Below, piece after piece: positions 27,001-42,000 of a DNA stretch of 64,000 bases; position 1 is the first letter of the stretch; each line of letters begins with the position of its first letter. The stretch comes from Heptranchias perlo (Eukaryota): assembly GCF_035084215.1 (NCBI RefSeq), contig NC_090353.1, positions 19,902,001-19,966,000 on the forward strand. The letters run 5' to 3'. The notes below the pieces were generated by a model that saw only the letters and a program-made list of their open reading frames with translations, made no database searches and was not told the DNA's origin. The position numbers and the translations under genes were made by a program.

Positions 27001-30000
27001 ACTGTTGTACTTGTTGAGGCGGGAGCTGATGTCGAGGTCGTTGCTGCGGTGGAGGTCTGTGTACTTGCAGTGGATGCTTCTGTTGTTGCTGTGAAAGTAA
27101 CTGATCTCATTATTGAGGCAAACATAAAACTTTAAAAAACATACTATGAATTATGCAGAGACAAATTGCTTTGTATTTTTAACCTCTAGATATAATGCAA
27201 ATTACTCAGTAATATAACATATCCATGTTGCAACAACAGCAAAATGTCAAGTGACAAAGCCATAAGATTCTCTGCTGAATGATTGTAGCTGACAACAAAT
27301 CACAACAATATTTTGTTATTATTGCTCGAGTATGTTTCTAAACTTGCATTAGATTGAATGGAATCGAATTAAACTGCTGATGAAAGTGTGCTGGTATACT
27401 GACCACTTGTTGAAGTGAGTGGTGTGGTTGAGATTGCTGTTGATTCAATTGTCAATGTTTGAGAAGTGCTCTGTGTAGTTGCTGCGACTGTTGCACTTGT
27501 TGAGGCGGGAGCTGATGTTGAGGTCGGTGCTGCAGCGGAGGTCTGTGCACTTTTAGTTGATGCTTCTGTTGTTGCTGTGAAAGTAATTGATCTTATTATT
27601 GAGGCAAACATGAAACTTGGAACAACATACTACGAATTATGCATTTAAGACAAACTTCTCTGTATTTTTCATACCAATATAGAATGTAAATTAGTTCCAA
27701 ATATAACATATCCATGTTGCAATAGCAGCCGAGCGTCAACTGACAATTGCACGTGATTTACGGTTGAGAAAGGCATGGATGTTAGGGAACTTGGGGAAAT
27801 AAATAGTGATGTCTTGAGGAGTGTACATATTACAGAGAGGGAGGTGCTGGAAGTCTTAACGCGCATCAAGGTAGATAAATCTCCGGGACCTGATGAAATG
27901 TATCCCAGGACATTATGGGAGGTTCGGGAGGAAATTGCGGGTCCCCTAGCAGAGATATTTGAATCATCCACCGCTACAGGTGAGGTGCCTGAAGATTGGA
28001 GGGTAGCAAATGTTGTGCCTTTGTTTATGAAGGGCGGCAGGGAAAAGCCTGGGAACTACAGACCGGTGAGCCTGACATCTGTAGTGGGTAAGTTGTTCGA
28101 GGGTATTCTGAGGGACAGGATCTACAGGCATTTGGCGAGGCAGGGACTAATTAGGAACAGTCAGCATGGTTTTGTGAGAGGAAAATCATGTCTCACGAAT
28201 TTGATTGAGTTTTTTGAAGGGGTAACCAAGAAGATAGATGAAGGCTGTGCAGTAGACGTGGTCTACATGGACTTCAGCAAATCCTTTGACAAGGTACCGC
28301 ATGGTAGGTTGTTACATAAGGTTAAATCTCATGGGATCCAAGGTGAGGTAGCCAATTGGATACAAAATTGGCTTGACGACAGAAGACAGTGGGTGGTTGC
28401 AGAGGGTTGTTTTTCAAACTGGATGCCTGTGTCCAGCGGTGTGCCTCAGGGATCGGTGCTGGGTCCGCTGTTATTTGTTATTTATATTAATGATTTGGAT
28501 GAGAATTTAGGAGGCATGGTTAGTAAGTTTGCAGATGACACCAAGATTGGTGGCATTGTGGACAGTGAAGAAGGTTATCTAGGATTGCAACGGGATCTTG
28601 ATAAATTGGGCCAGTGGGCCGATGAATGGCAGATGGAGTTTAATTTAGATAAATGTGAGGTGATGCATTTTGGTAGATCGAATCGGGCCAGGACCTACTC
28701 CGTTAATGGTAGGGCGTTGGGGAGAGTTATAGAACAAAGAGATCTAGGAGTACAGGTTCATAGCTCCTTGAAAGTGGAGTCACAGGTGGATAGGGTGGTG
28801 AAGAAGGCATTCGGCATGCTTGGTTTCATTGGTCAGAACATTGAATGCAGGAGTTGGGATGTCTTGTTGAAGTTGTACAGGGCATTGGTGAGGCCACACT
28901 TGGAGTACTGTGTACAGTTCTGGTCACCCTATTATAGAAAGGATATTATTAAACTAGAAAGAGTGCAGAAAAGATTTACTAGGATGCTACCGGGACTTGA
29001 TGGTTTGACTTATAGGGAGAGGTTAGACAGACTGGGACTTTTTTCCCTGGAGAGTAGGAGGTTAAGGGGTGATCTTATAGAAGTCTATAAAATAATGAGG
29101 GGCATAGATAAGGTACATAGTCAAAATCTTTTCCCAAAGGTAGGGGAGTCGAGAACGAGGGGGCATAGATTTAAGGTGAGAGGGGAGAGATAAAAAAGTG
29201 TCCAGAGGGGCAATTTTTTCACTCAAAGGGTGGTGAGTGTCTGGAACGAGCTGCCAGAGGCAGTAGTAGAGGCGGGTACAATTTTGTCTTTTAAAAAGCA
29301 TTTGGACAGTTACATGGGTAAGATGGGTATAGAGGGATATGGGCCAAGTGCAGGAAATTGCGACTAGCTTAGTGGTATAAACTGGGCGACATGGACATGT
29401 TGGGCCGAAGGGCCTGTTTCCATGTTGTAACTTCTATGATTCTATGATTCTTCGCAGCACAACTGTAGCTGACAACACACGACAATAATATTTTGTTATT
29501 ATTGCTCAAGTATGTTTCTAAACTTGCATTAGATTAAACAGAATCTGAATTAAACTGCTGATCAAAGTGTGCTGGTATACTCACCACTTGTTGAAGTGAG
29601 TGGTGTTATTGAGATTGCTGTTGATTCAATTGTCAATGTTTGTGAGATGCTCTCTGCAGTTGTCGGTACTGTTGTACTTGTTGAGGCTGGAGCTGATATA
29701 GAGGTCGGTGCTGCGGTGGAGGTCTGTGGACTTGCAGTGGATGCTTCTGTTGTTGCTGTGAAAGTAACTGATGTCATTGTTGAGGCAAACATAAAACTTG
29801 GAACAACATACTACGAATTATGCATTTAAGATAAGTTGCTCTGTATTTTTAAAACCGATATAGAATGCAAATTACTGAGTAATATAACATATCCATGTTG
29901 CAACAGCACCAGAGCGTCAACTGACAATTGCATGTGATTCTTCGCAGCACAATTGTAGCTGACAACAAACCACAATAATATTTTGTATTATTGCTCGAGT

Positions 30001-33000
30001 ATGTTTCTAAACTTGCATTAGATTGAATGGAATCAGAATTGCACCGCTGATAAAAGTGTGCTGGTATACTCACCACTTGTTGAAGTGAGTGGTGTGGTTA
30101 AGATTGCTGTTGATTCAATTGCCGATGTTTCAGAGGTGTTCTCTGCAGTTGTTGGTGCTAATGTACTTGTTGAGGCGGGAGCTGATCTCGAGGTCGTTGC
30201 TGCAATGGAGGTCTGTGTACTTGCAGTGGATGCTTCTGTTATTGCTGTGCAAGTAACTCATCTCATTATTGTGGCAAACATAAAACTTGAAAAAACATGC
30301 AATGAATTATGCATTTAAGACAAACTGCTCTATTTATTTTTCATACCGATATAGAATGTAAATTAGTTACAAATATAACATATCCATGTTGCAACAGCAG
30401 CAGAGTGTCAACTGACAATTGCACGTGATTCTTCGCAGCACAACTGTAGCTAACAACAAACCACAATAATATTTTGTTGTTATTGCTCGAGTATGTTTCT
30501 AAACTTGCATTAGATTGAATGGAATCAGAATTAAACTGCTGGTAAAAGTGTGCTGGTATACTCACCACTTGTTGAAGTGAGTGGTGTGGTTGATATTGCT
30601 GTTGATTCAATTGTCAATGTTTGTGAGGTGCTCTCTGCAGTTGTAGGTACTGTTGTACTTGTTGAGGCGGGAGCTGATATAGAGGTCGGTGCTGCGGTGG
30701 AGGTCTGTGTACTTGCAGTGGATGCTTCTGTTGTTGCTGTGAAAGTAACTGATCTCATTATTGTGGCAAACATAAAACTTGAAAAAACATGCTATGAATT
30801 ATGCAGAGACAAATTGCTTTGTATTTTTAACCTCTAGATATAATGCAAATTACTGAGTAATATAACTTATCCATGTTGCAACAGCAGCAGAATGTCAAGT
30901 GACAAAGCCATAAGATTCTCTGCTGAATTATTTTAGCTGACAACATTCCACAATAATATTTTGTTATTATTGCTCGAGTATGTTTCTAAACTTGCATTAG
31001 ATTGAACGGAATCAGAATTGCACCGCTGATAAAAGTGTGCTGGTATGCTCACCACTTGTTGAAGTGAGTGGTGTGGTTAAGATTGCTGTTGATTCAATTG
31101 TCACTGTTTGAGAGGTGCTCTCTGCAGTTGTCGATACTGTTGTACTTGTTGAGGCGGGAGCTGATGTAGAGGTCATTGCTGCGGTGGAGGTCTCTGTGCT
31201 TGCAGTTGATGCTTCTGTTGTTGCTGTGAAAGTAACTGATCTCATTATTGAGGCAAACATAATATTTGGTAGAACACGTTGAATTATACATTAAGGACAA
31301 ATTGCTCTGTATTTTTAATACCTAGATACAATGCAAATTACTGAGTAATATAATATATTCATGTTGCAACAGCAGCAGATTGTCAACTGATAATTGCACG
31401 TGATTCTTCACAGCACTATTGCAGCTGACAACACACAACAACAATATTTTGTTACTTTTTGCTGAAGCATATTTGCAAACTTGCATTAGAGAGAAAGGAA
31501 TCAGAATGAAACGGTTCATAAGGGTGCACTAGTCTACACACCACTTGTTGTGGAAGTGAGTTGTGTTGATGAGATTGTCGTTGATTCACTTGTCGAAGCT
31601 TGAGTCGTGCTTTCTGTGGTTGTTGGTACTGTTGTAATTGTTGAGGCGGGAGCTGATACAGAGGTCGCTACTGCAGTGGAGGTCTGTGTACTTGCAGTGG
31701 ATGCTTCTGTTGTTGCTGTGAAAGTAACTGATCTCATTATTGTGGCAAACATAAAACTTGAAAAAACATACCATGAATTATGCATGAGAGACAACTTGCG
31801 ATGTATTTCCATCCTCTAGATATGATGCAAATTACTCAGTAATATAACATATCCATGTTGGAACAACAGCAAAATGTCAAGTGACAAAGCCATAAGATTC
31901 TCTGCTGAATTATTGTAGCTGACAACATTCTACAATAATATTTTGTTACTATTGCTCGAGTATGTTTCTAACCTTGCATTAGATTGAATGGAATCAGAAT
32001 TAAACTGCTGGTAAAAGTGTGCTGGTATACTCACCACTTGTTGAAGTGAGTGGTGTGATTGATATTGCTGTTGATTCAATTGTCACTGTTTGAGAGGAGC
32101 TCTCTGCAGTTGTCGGTACTGTTGTACTTGTTGAGGCGGGAGCTGATGTTGAGGTCGGTGCTGCAGCGGAGGTCTGTGTACTTGTAGTTGATACTTCTGT
32201 TGTTGCTGTGAAAGTAATTGATCTTATTATTGAGGCAAACATAAAACTTGGAACAACATACTCCGAATTATGCATTTAAGACAAACTGCTCTGTTTATTT
32301 TTCATACCTATATAGAATGTAAATTAGTTACAAATATAACATGTCCATGTTGCAACAGCAGCAGAGTGTCAACTGACAATTGCACGTGATTCTTCGCAGC
32401 TCAACTGTAGCTGACAACACACGACAATAATATTTTGTAATTATTGCTCAAGTTTGTTTCTAAACTTGCATTAGATTAAACAGAATCTGAATTAAACTAC
32501 TGATCAAAGTATGCTGGTACACTCACCGCTTGTAGAAGTGAGTGGTGTGGTTGAGATTGCTGTTGATTCAATTGTCAATGTTTGTGAGGTGCTCTCTGCA
32601 GTTGTCGGTACTGTTGTACTTGTTGAGGCTGGAGCTGATATCGAGGTCGGTGCTGCGGTGGAGGTCTGTGTACTTGCAGTGGATGCTTCTGTTGTTGCTG
32701 TGAAAGTAACTGATCTCATTATTGTGGCAAACATAAAACTTGAAAAAACATACTATGAATTATGCATGAGAGACAACTTGCTATGTATTTCCAACCTCTA
32801 GATATGATGCAAATTACTCAGTAATATAACATATCCATGTTGCAACAGCAGCAGAATGTCAAGTGACAAAGCCATAAGATTCTCTGCTGAATTATTTTAG
32901 CTGACAACATTCTACAATAATATTTTGTTATTATTGCTCGAGTATGTTTCTAAACTTGAATTAGATTGAACGGAATCAGAATTGCACCGCTGATAAAAGT

Positions 33001-36000
33001 GTGCTGGTATACTCACCACTTGTTGAAGTGAGTGGGGTGGTTGAGATTGCTGTTGATTCAATTGTCAATGTTTGAGAGGTGCTCTCTGCAGTTGTCGGGA
33101 CTGTTGTACTTGTTGAGGCGGGAGCTGATGTAGAGGTCATTGCTGCGGTGGAGGTCTCTGTACTTGCAGTGGATGCTTCTGTTGTTGCTGTGAAAGTAAC
33201 TGATCTCATTATTGTGGCAAACATAAAACTTGAAAAAACATACTATGAATTATGCAGAGACAAATTGCTTTGTATTTCTAACCTCTAGATATAATGCAAA
33301 TTACTGAGTAATATAACATATTCATATTGCAACAGCAGCAGAATGTCAAGTGACAAAGCCATAAGATTCTCTGCTGAATTATTGTAGCTGACAACAAACC
33401 ACAATAATATTTTGTTATTATTGCTCGAGTTTGTTTCTAAACTTGCATTAAATTGAATGGAATCAGAATTAAACTGCTGATAAAAGTGTGCTGGTATACT
33501 GACCACTTGTTGAAGTGAGTGGTGTGGTTAAGATTGCTGTTGATTCAATTGTCACTGTTTGAGAGGTGCTCTCTGTAGTTGTCGGGACTGTTGTACTTGT
33601 TGAGGCGGGAGCTGATGTCGAGGTCATTGCTGCGGTGGAGGTCTGTGTACTTGCAGTGGATGCTTCTGTTGTTGCTGTGAAAGGAACTGATCTCATTATT
33701 GAGGCAAACATAAAATTTGGTAGAACACACTGAATTATACATTAAGGACAAATTGCTCTGTATTTTTAACACCTAGATACAATGCAAATTACTGAGTAAT
33801 ATGACATATTCATGTTGCAACAGCAGCAGATTGTCAACTGATAATTGCACGTGATTCTTCACAGCACTATTGCAGCTGACAACACACAACAACAATATTT
33901 TGTTACTTTTTGCTGAAGCATATTTGCAAACTTGCATTGGAGAGAATGGAATCAGAATGAAACGGTTCATAAGGGTGCACTAGTGTACACACCACTAGTT
34001 GTTGAAGTGAGTTGTGTTGATGAGATTGTCGTTGATTCACTTGTCGAAGCTTGAGTCGTGCTTTCTGTGGTTGTTGGTACTGTTGTAATTGTTGCGGCGG
34101 GAGCTGATGTCGAGGTCGCTACTGCAGTGGAGGTCTGTGTACTTGCAGTGGATGCTTCTGTTGTTGCTGTGAAAGTAACTGATCTCATTATTGTGGCAAA
34201 CATAAAACTTGAAAAAACATACTATGAATTATGCATGAGAGACAATTTGCTTTGTATTTCCATCCTCCAGATATGATGCAAATTACTCAGTGATATAACA
34301 TATCCATGTTGGACCAACAGCAAAATATCAAGTGACAAAGCCATAAGATTCTCTGCTGAATTATTGTAGCGACAACAAACCACAATAATATTTTGTTATT
34401 ATTGCTCGAGTATGTTTCTAAACTTGCATTCGATTGAATGGAATCAGAATTAAACTGCTGATAAAAGTGTGCTGGGATACTCACCACTTGTTGAAGTGAG
34501 TGGTGTGGTTGATATTGCTGTTGATTCAATTGTCAATGTTTGTGAGGTGCTCTCTGCAGTTGTAGGTACTGTTGTACTTGTTGAGGCTGGAGCTGATACA
34601 GAGGTCGGTGCTGCGGTGGAGGTCTGTGTACTTGCAGTGGATGCTTCTGTTGTTGCTGTGAAAGCAACTGATCTCATTATTGTGGCAAACATAAAACTTG
34701 AAAAAACATACTATGAATTATGCGGAGACAAATTGCTTTGTATTTTTAACCTCTGGATATAATGCAAATTACTGAGTAATATAACTTATCCATGTTGCAA
34801 CAGCAGCAGAATGTCAAGTGACAAAGCCATAAGATTCTCTGCTGAATTATTTTAGCTGACAACATTCGACAATAATATTTTGTTGTTATTGCTCGAGTAT
34901 GTTTCTAAACTTGAATTAGATTGAATGGAATCAGAATTGCACCGCTGATAAAAGTGTGCTGGTATACTCACCGCTTGTAGAAGTGAGTGGTGTGGTTAAG
35001 ATTGCTGTTGATTCAATTGTCACTGTTTGAGAGGTGCTCTCTGCAGTTGTCGGTACTGTTGTACTTGTTGAGGTGGGAGCTGATGGAGAGGTCATTGCTG
35101 CGGTGGAGGTCTCTGTACTTGCAGTGGATGCTTCTGTTGTTGCTGTGAAAGTAACTGATCTTATTATTGTGGCAAACATAAAACTTGAAAAAACATACTA
35201 TGAATTGTGCAGAGACAAATTGCTTTGTATTTTTAACCTCTAGATATAATGCAAATTACTGAGTAATATAACATATTCATGTTGCAACAGCAGCAGAATG
35301 TCAAGTGACAATGCCATCAGATTGTCTGCTGAATTATCGTAGCTGACAACATACCACAATAATATTTTGTTATTATTGCTCGAGTATGTTTCTAAACTTG
35401 CATTCGATTGAACGGAATCAGAATTACACTGCTGATAAAAGTGTGCTGGTATACTCACCACTTGTTGAAGTGAGTGGTGTGGTTGAGATTGCTGTTGATT
35501 CAATTGTCAATGTTTGAGAAGTGCTCTCTGCAGTTGTTGCTACTGTTGCACTTGTTGAGGCGGGAGCTGATACAGAGGTCGCTACTGCAGCGGAGGTCTG
35601 TGTACTTGTAGTTGATGCTTCTGTTGTTGCTGTGAAAGTAATTTATATTATTGTGGCAAACATAAAAATTGGAACAACATACCATGAATTATGCATTTAA
35701 GACAAACTTCTCTGTATTTTTCAGACCTATATAAAATGTAAATTAGTTACAAATATAACATACCCATGTTGCAACAGCAGCAGAGTGTCAACTGACAATT
35801 GCACGTGATTCTTCGTAGCACAATTGTAGCTGACAACACACGACAATAATATTTTGTATTATTGCTCGAGTATGTTTCTAAACTTGCATTAGATTGAATG
35901 GAATCAGAATTGCACCGCTGATAAAAGTGTGCTGGTATACTCACCACTTGTTGAAGTGAGTGGTGTGGTTAAGATTGCTGTTGATTCAATTGCCGATGTT

Positions 36001-39000
36001 TCAGAGGTGTTCTCTGCAGTTGTTGGTGCTAATGTACTTGTTGAGGCGGGAGCTGATGTCGAGGTTGTTGCTGCAATGGAGGTCTGTGTAATTGCAGTGG
36101 ATGCTTCTGTTGTTGCTGTGAAAGTAACTGATCTCATTATTGTGGCAAACATAAAACTTGAAAAAACATGCTATGAATTATGCATTTAAGACAAACTGCT
36201 CTATTTATTTTTCATACCGATATAGAATGTAAATTAGTTACAAATATAACATATCCATGTTGCAACAGCAGCAGAGTGTCAACTGACAATTGCACGTGAT
36301 TCTTCGCAGCACAACTGTAGCTAACAACAAACCACAATAATATTTTGTTGTTATTGCTCGAGTATGTTTCTAAACTTGCATTAGATTGAATGGAATCAGA
36401 ATTAAACTGCTGGTAAAAGTGTGCTGGTATACTCACCACTTGTTGAAGTGAGTGGTGTGGTTGAGATTGCTGTTGATTCAATTGTCAATGTTTGTGAGGT
36501 GCTCTCTGCAGTTGTAGGTACTGTTGTACTTGTTGAGGCGGGAGCTGATATAGAGGTCGGTGCTGCGGAGGAGGTCTGTGTACTTGCAGTGGATGCTTCT
36601 GTTGTTGCTGTGAAAGTAACTGATCTCATTATTGTGGCAAACATAAAACTTGAAAAAAAATGCTATGAATTATGCAGAGACAAATTGCTTTGTATTTTTA
36701 ACCTCTAGATATAATGCAAATTACTGAGTAATATAACTTATCCATGTTGCAACAGCAGCAGAATGTCAAGTGACAAAGCCATAAGATTCTCTGCTGAATT
36801 ATTTTAGCTGACAACATTCCACAATAATATTTTGTTATTATTGCTCGAGTATGTTTCTAAACTTGCATTAGATTGAACGGAATCAGAATTGCACCGCTGA
36901 TGAAAGTGTGCTGGTATACTCACCACTTGTTGAAGTGAGTGGTGTGGTTAAGATTGCTGTTGATTCAATTGTCAATGTTTGAGAGGTGCTCTCTGCAGTT
37001 GTCGGTACTCTTGTACTTGTTGAGGCGGGAGCTGATGTAGAGGTCATTGCTGCGGTGGAGGTCTCTGTACTTGCAGTGGATGCTTCTGTTGTTGCTGTGA
37101 AAGTAACTGATCTCATTATTGAGGCAAACATAAAATTTGGTAGAACACACTGAATTATACATTAAGGACAAATTGCTCTGTATTTTTAATACCTAGATAC
37201 AATGCAAATTACTGAGTAATATAATATATTCATGTTGCAACAGCAGCAGATTGTCAACTGATAATTGCACGTGATTCTTCACAGCACTATTGCAGCTGAC
37301 AACACACAACAACAATATTTTGTTACTTTTTGCTGAAGCATATTTGCAAACTTGCATTAGAGAGAAAGGAATCAGAATGAAACGGTTCATAAGGGTGCAC
37401 TAGTCTACACACCACTTGTTGTGGAAGTGAGTTGTGATGATGAGATTGTCGTTGATTCACTTGTCGAAGCTTGAGTCGTGCTTTCTGTGGTTGTTGGTAC
37501 TGTTGTAATTGTTGCGGCGGGAGCTGATGTCGAGGTCGCTACTGCAGTGGAGGTGTGTGTACTTGCAGTGGATGCTTCTGTTGTTGCTGTGAAAGTAACT
37601 GATCTCATTATTGTGGCAAACTTAAAACTTGAAAAAACATACCATGAATTATGCATGGGAGACAACTTGCGATGTATTTCCATCCTCTAGATATGATGCA
37701 AATTACTCAGTAATATAACATATCCATGTTGGAACAACAGCAAAATGTCAAGTGACAAAGCCATAAGATTCTCTGCTGAATTATTGTAGCTGACAACATT
37801 CTACAATAATATTTTGTTACTATTGCTCGAGTATGTTTCTAACCTTGCATTAGATTGAATGGAATCAGAATTAAACTGCTGGTAAAAGTGTGCTGGTATA
37901 CTCACCACTTGTTGAAGTGAGTGGTGTGATTGATATTGCTGTTGATTCAATTGTCACTGTTTGAGAGGAGCTCTCTGCAGTTGTCGGTACTGTTGTACTT
38001 GTTGAGGCGGGAGCTGATGTTGAGGTCGGTGCTGCAGCGGAGGTCTGTGTACTTGTAGTTGATACTTCTGTTGTTGCTGTGAAAGTAATTGATCTTATTA
38101 TTGAGGCAAACATAAAACTTGGAACAACATACTCCGAATTATGCATTTAAGACAAACTGCTCTGTTTATTTTTCATACCTATATAGAATGTAAATTAGTT
38201 ACAAATATAACATGTCCATGTTGCAACAGCAGCAGAGTGTCAACTGACAATTGCACGTGATTTTTCGCAGCACAACTGTAGCTGACAACACACGACAATA
38301 ATATTTTGTAATTATTGCTCAAGTTTGTTTCTAAACTTGCATTAGATTAAACAGAATCTGAATTAAACTGCTGATAAAAGTGTGCTGGTACACTCACCGC
38401 TTGTAGAAGTGAGTGGTGTGGTTGAGATTGCTGTTGATTCAATTGTCAATGTTTGTGAGGTGCTCTCTGCAGTTGTCGGTACTGTTGTACTTGTTGAGGC
38501 TGGAGCTGATATCGAGGTCGGTGCTGCGGTGGAGGTCTGTGTACTTGCAGTGGATGCTTCTGTTGTTGCTGTGAAAGTAACTGATCTCATTATTGTGGCA
38601 AACATAAAACTTGAAAAAACATACTATGAATTATGCATGAGAGACAACTTGCTATGTATTTCCAACCTCTAGATATGATGCAAATTACTCAGTAATATAA
38701 CATATCCATGTTGCAACAGCAGCAGAATGTCAAGTGACAAAGCCATAAGATTCTCTGCTGAATTATTTTAGCTGACAACATTCTACAATAATATTTTGTT
38801 ATTATTGCTCGAGTATGTTTCTAAACTTGAATTAGATTGAACGGAATCAGAATTGCACCGCTGATAAAAGTGTGCTGGTATACTCACCACTTGTTGAAGT
38901 GAGTGGGGTGGTTGAGATTGCTGTTGATTCAATTGTCAATGTTTGAGAGGTGCTCTCTGCAGTTGTCGGGACTGTTGTACTTGTTGAGGCGGGAGCTGAT

Positions 39001-42000
39001 ACAGAGGTCATTGCTGCGGTGGAGGTCTCTGTACTTGCAGTGGATGCTTCTGTTGTTGCTGTGAAAGTAACTGATCTCATTATTGTGGCAAACATAAAAC
39101 TTGAAAAAACATACTATGAATTAAGCAGAGACAAATTGCTTTGTATTTTTAACCTCTAGATATAATGCAAATTACTGAGTAATATAACATATTCATGTTG
39201 CAACAGCAGCAGAATGTCAAGTGACAAAGCCATAAGATTCTCTGCTGAATTATTGTAGCTGACAACAAACCACAATAATATTTTGTTATTATTGCTCGAG
39301 TTTGTTTCTAAACTTGCATTAGATTGAATGGAATCAGAATTAAACTGCTGATAAAAGTGTGCTGGTATACTGACCACTTGTTGAAATGAGTGGTGTGGTT
39401 AAGATTGCTGTTGATTCAATTGTCACTGTTTGAGAGGTGCTCTCTGTAGTTGTCGGGACTGTTGTACTTGTTGAGGCGGGAGCTGATGTCGAGGTCATTG
39501 CTGCGGTGGAGGTCTGTGTACTTGCAGTGGATGCTTCTGTTGTTGCTGTGAAAGGAACTGATCTCATTATTGAGGCAAACATAAAATTTGGTAGAACACA
39601 CTGAATTATACATTAAGGACAAATTGCTCTGTATTTTTAACACCTAGATACAATGCAAATTACTGAGTAATATGACATATTCATGTTGCAACAGCAGCAG
39701 ATTGTCAACTGATAATTGCACGTGATTCTTCACAGCACTATTGCAGCTGACAACACACAACAACAATATTTTGTTACTTTTTGCTGAAGCATATTTGCAA
39801 ACTTGCATTGGAGAGAATGGAATCAGAATGAAACGGTTCATAAGGGTGCACTAGTCTACACACCACTTGTTGTTGAAGTGAGTTGTGTTGATGAGATTGT
39901 CGTTGATTCACTTGTCGAAGCTTGAGTCGTGCTTTCTGTGGTTGTTGGTACTGTTGTAATTGTTGCGGCGGGAGCTGATGTCGAGGTCGCTACTGCAGTG
40001 GAGGTCTGTGTACTTGCAGTGGATGCTTCTGTTGTTGCTGTGAAAGTAACTGATCTCATTATTTTGGCAAACATAAAACTTGAAAAAACATACTATGAAT
40101 TATGCATGAGAGACAATTTGCTTTGTATTTCCATCCTCCAGATATGATGCAAATTACTCAGTGATATAACATATCCATGTTGGACCAACAGCAAAATATC
40201 AAGTGACAAAGCCATAAGATTCTCTGCTGAATTATTGTAGCGACAACAAACCACAATAATATTTTGTTATTATTGCTCGAGTATGTTTCTAAACTTGCAT
40301 TCGATTGAATGGAATTAGAATTAAACTGCTGATAAAAGTGTGCTGGGATACTCACCACTTGTTGAAGTGAGTGGTGTGGTTGATATTGCTGTTGATTCAA
40401 TTGTCAATGTTTGTGAGGTGCTCTCTGCAGTTGTAGGTACTGTTGTACTTGTTGAGGCTGGAGCTGATACAGAGGTCGGTGCTGCGGTGGAGGTCTGTGT
40501 ACTTGCAGTGGATGCTTCTGTTGTTGCTGTGAAAGCAACTGATCTCATTATTGTGGCAAACATAAAACTTGAAAAAACATACTATGAATTATGCGGAGAC
40601 AAATTGCTTTGTATTTTTAACCTCTGGATATAATGCAAATTACTGAGTAATATAACTTATCCATGTTGCAACAGCAGCAGAATGTCAAGTGACAAAGCCA
40701 TAAGATTCTCTGCTGAATTATTTTAGCTGACAACATTCGACAATAATATTTTGTTGTTATTGCTCGAGTATGTTTCTAAACTTGAATTAGATTGAATGGA
40801 ATCAGAATTGCACCGCTGATAAAAGTGTGCTGGTATACTCACCACTTGTTGAAGTGAGTGGTGTGGTTAAGATTGCTGTTGATTCAATTGTCATTGTTTG
40901 TGAGGTGCTCTCTGCAGTTGTCGGTACTGTTGTACTTGTTGAGGCGGGAGCTGATGTCGAGGTCGTTGCTGCGGTGGAGGTCTGTGTACTTGCAGTGGAT
41001 GCTTCTGTTGTTGCTGTGAAAGTAACTGATCTCATTATTGAGGCAAACATAAAACTTTAAAAAACATACTATGAATTATGCAGAGACAAATTGCTTTGTA
41101 TTTTTAACCTCTAGATATAATGCAAATTACTGAGTAATATAACATATCCATGTTGCAACAACAGCAAAATGTCAAGTGACAAAGCCATAAGATTCTCTGC
41201 TGAATGATTGTAGCTGACAACAAATCACAACAATATTTTGTTATTATTGCTCGAGTATGTTTCTAAACTTGCATTAGATTGAATGGAATCGAATTAAACT
41301 GCTGATGAAAGTGTGCTGGTATACTGACCACTTGTTGAAGTGAGTGGTGTGGTTGAGATTGCTGTTGATTCAATTGTCAATGTTTGAGAAGTGCTCTGTG
41401 TAGTTGCTGCGACTGTTGCACTTGTTGAGGCTGGAGCTGATACAAAGGTCGGTGCTGCAGCGGAGGTCTGTGCACTTGTAGTTGATGCTTCTGTTGTTGC
41501 TGTGAAAGTAATTGATCTTATTATTGAGGCAAACATGAAACTTGGAACAACATACTACGAATTATGCATTTAAGACAAACTTCTCTGTATTTTTCATACC
41601 AATATAGAATGTAAATTAGTTCCAAATATAACATATCCATGTTGCAATAGCAGCCGAGCGTCAACTGACAATTGCACGTGATTTACGGTTGAGAAAGGCA
41701 TGGATGTTAGGGAACTTGGGGAAATAAATAGTGATGTCTTGAGGAGTGTACATATTACAGAGAGGGAGGTGCTGGAAGTCTTAACGCGCATCAAGGTAGA
41801 TAAATCTCCGGGACCTGATGAAATGTATCCCAGGACATTATGGGAGGTTCGGGAGGAAATTGCGGGTCCCCTAGCAGAGATATTTGAATCATCCACCGCT
41901 ACAGGTGAGGTGCCTGAAGATTGGAGGGTAGCAAATGTTGTGCCTTTGTTTATGAAGGGCGGCAGGGAAAAGCCTGGGAACTACAGACCGGTGAGCCTGA

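Noticed and set aside
27775-29193. 472-aa RT ORF as a domesticated gene or active element
   Set aside because: It is 5'-truncated with no ORF1 or endonuclease and ends at an apparently premature stop; the second copy comes from segmental duplication, not transposition.
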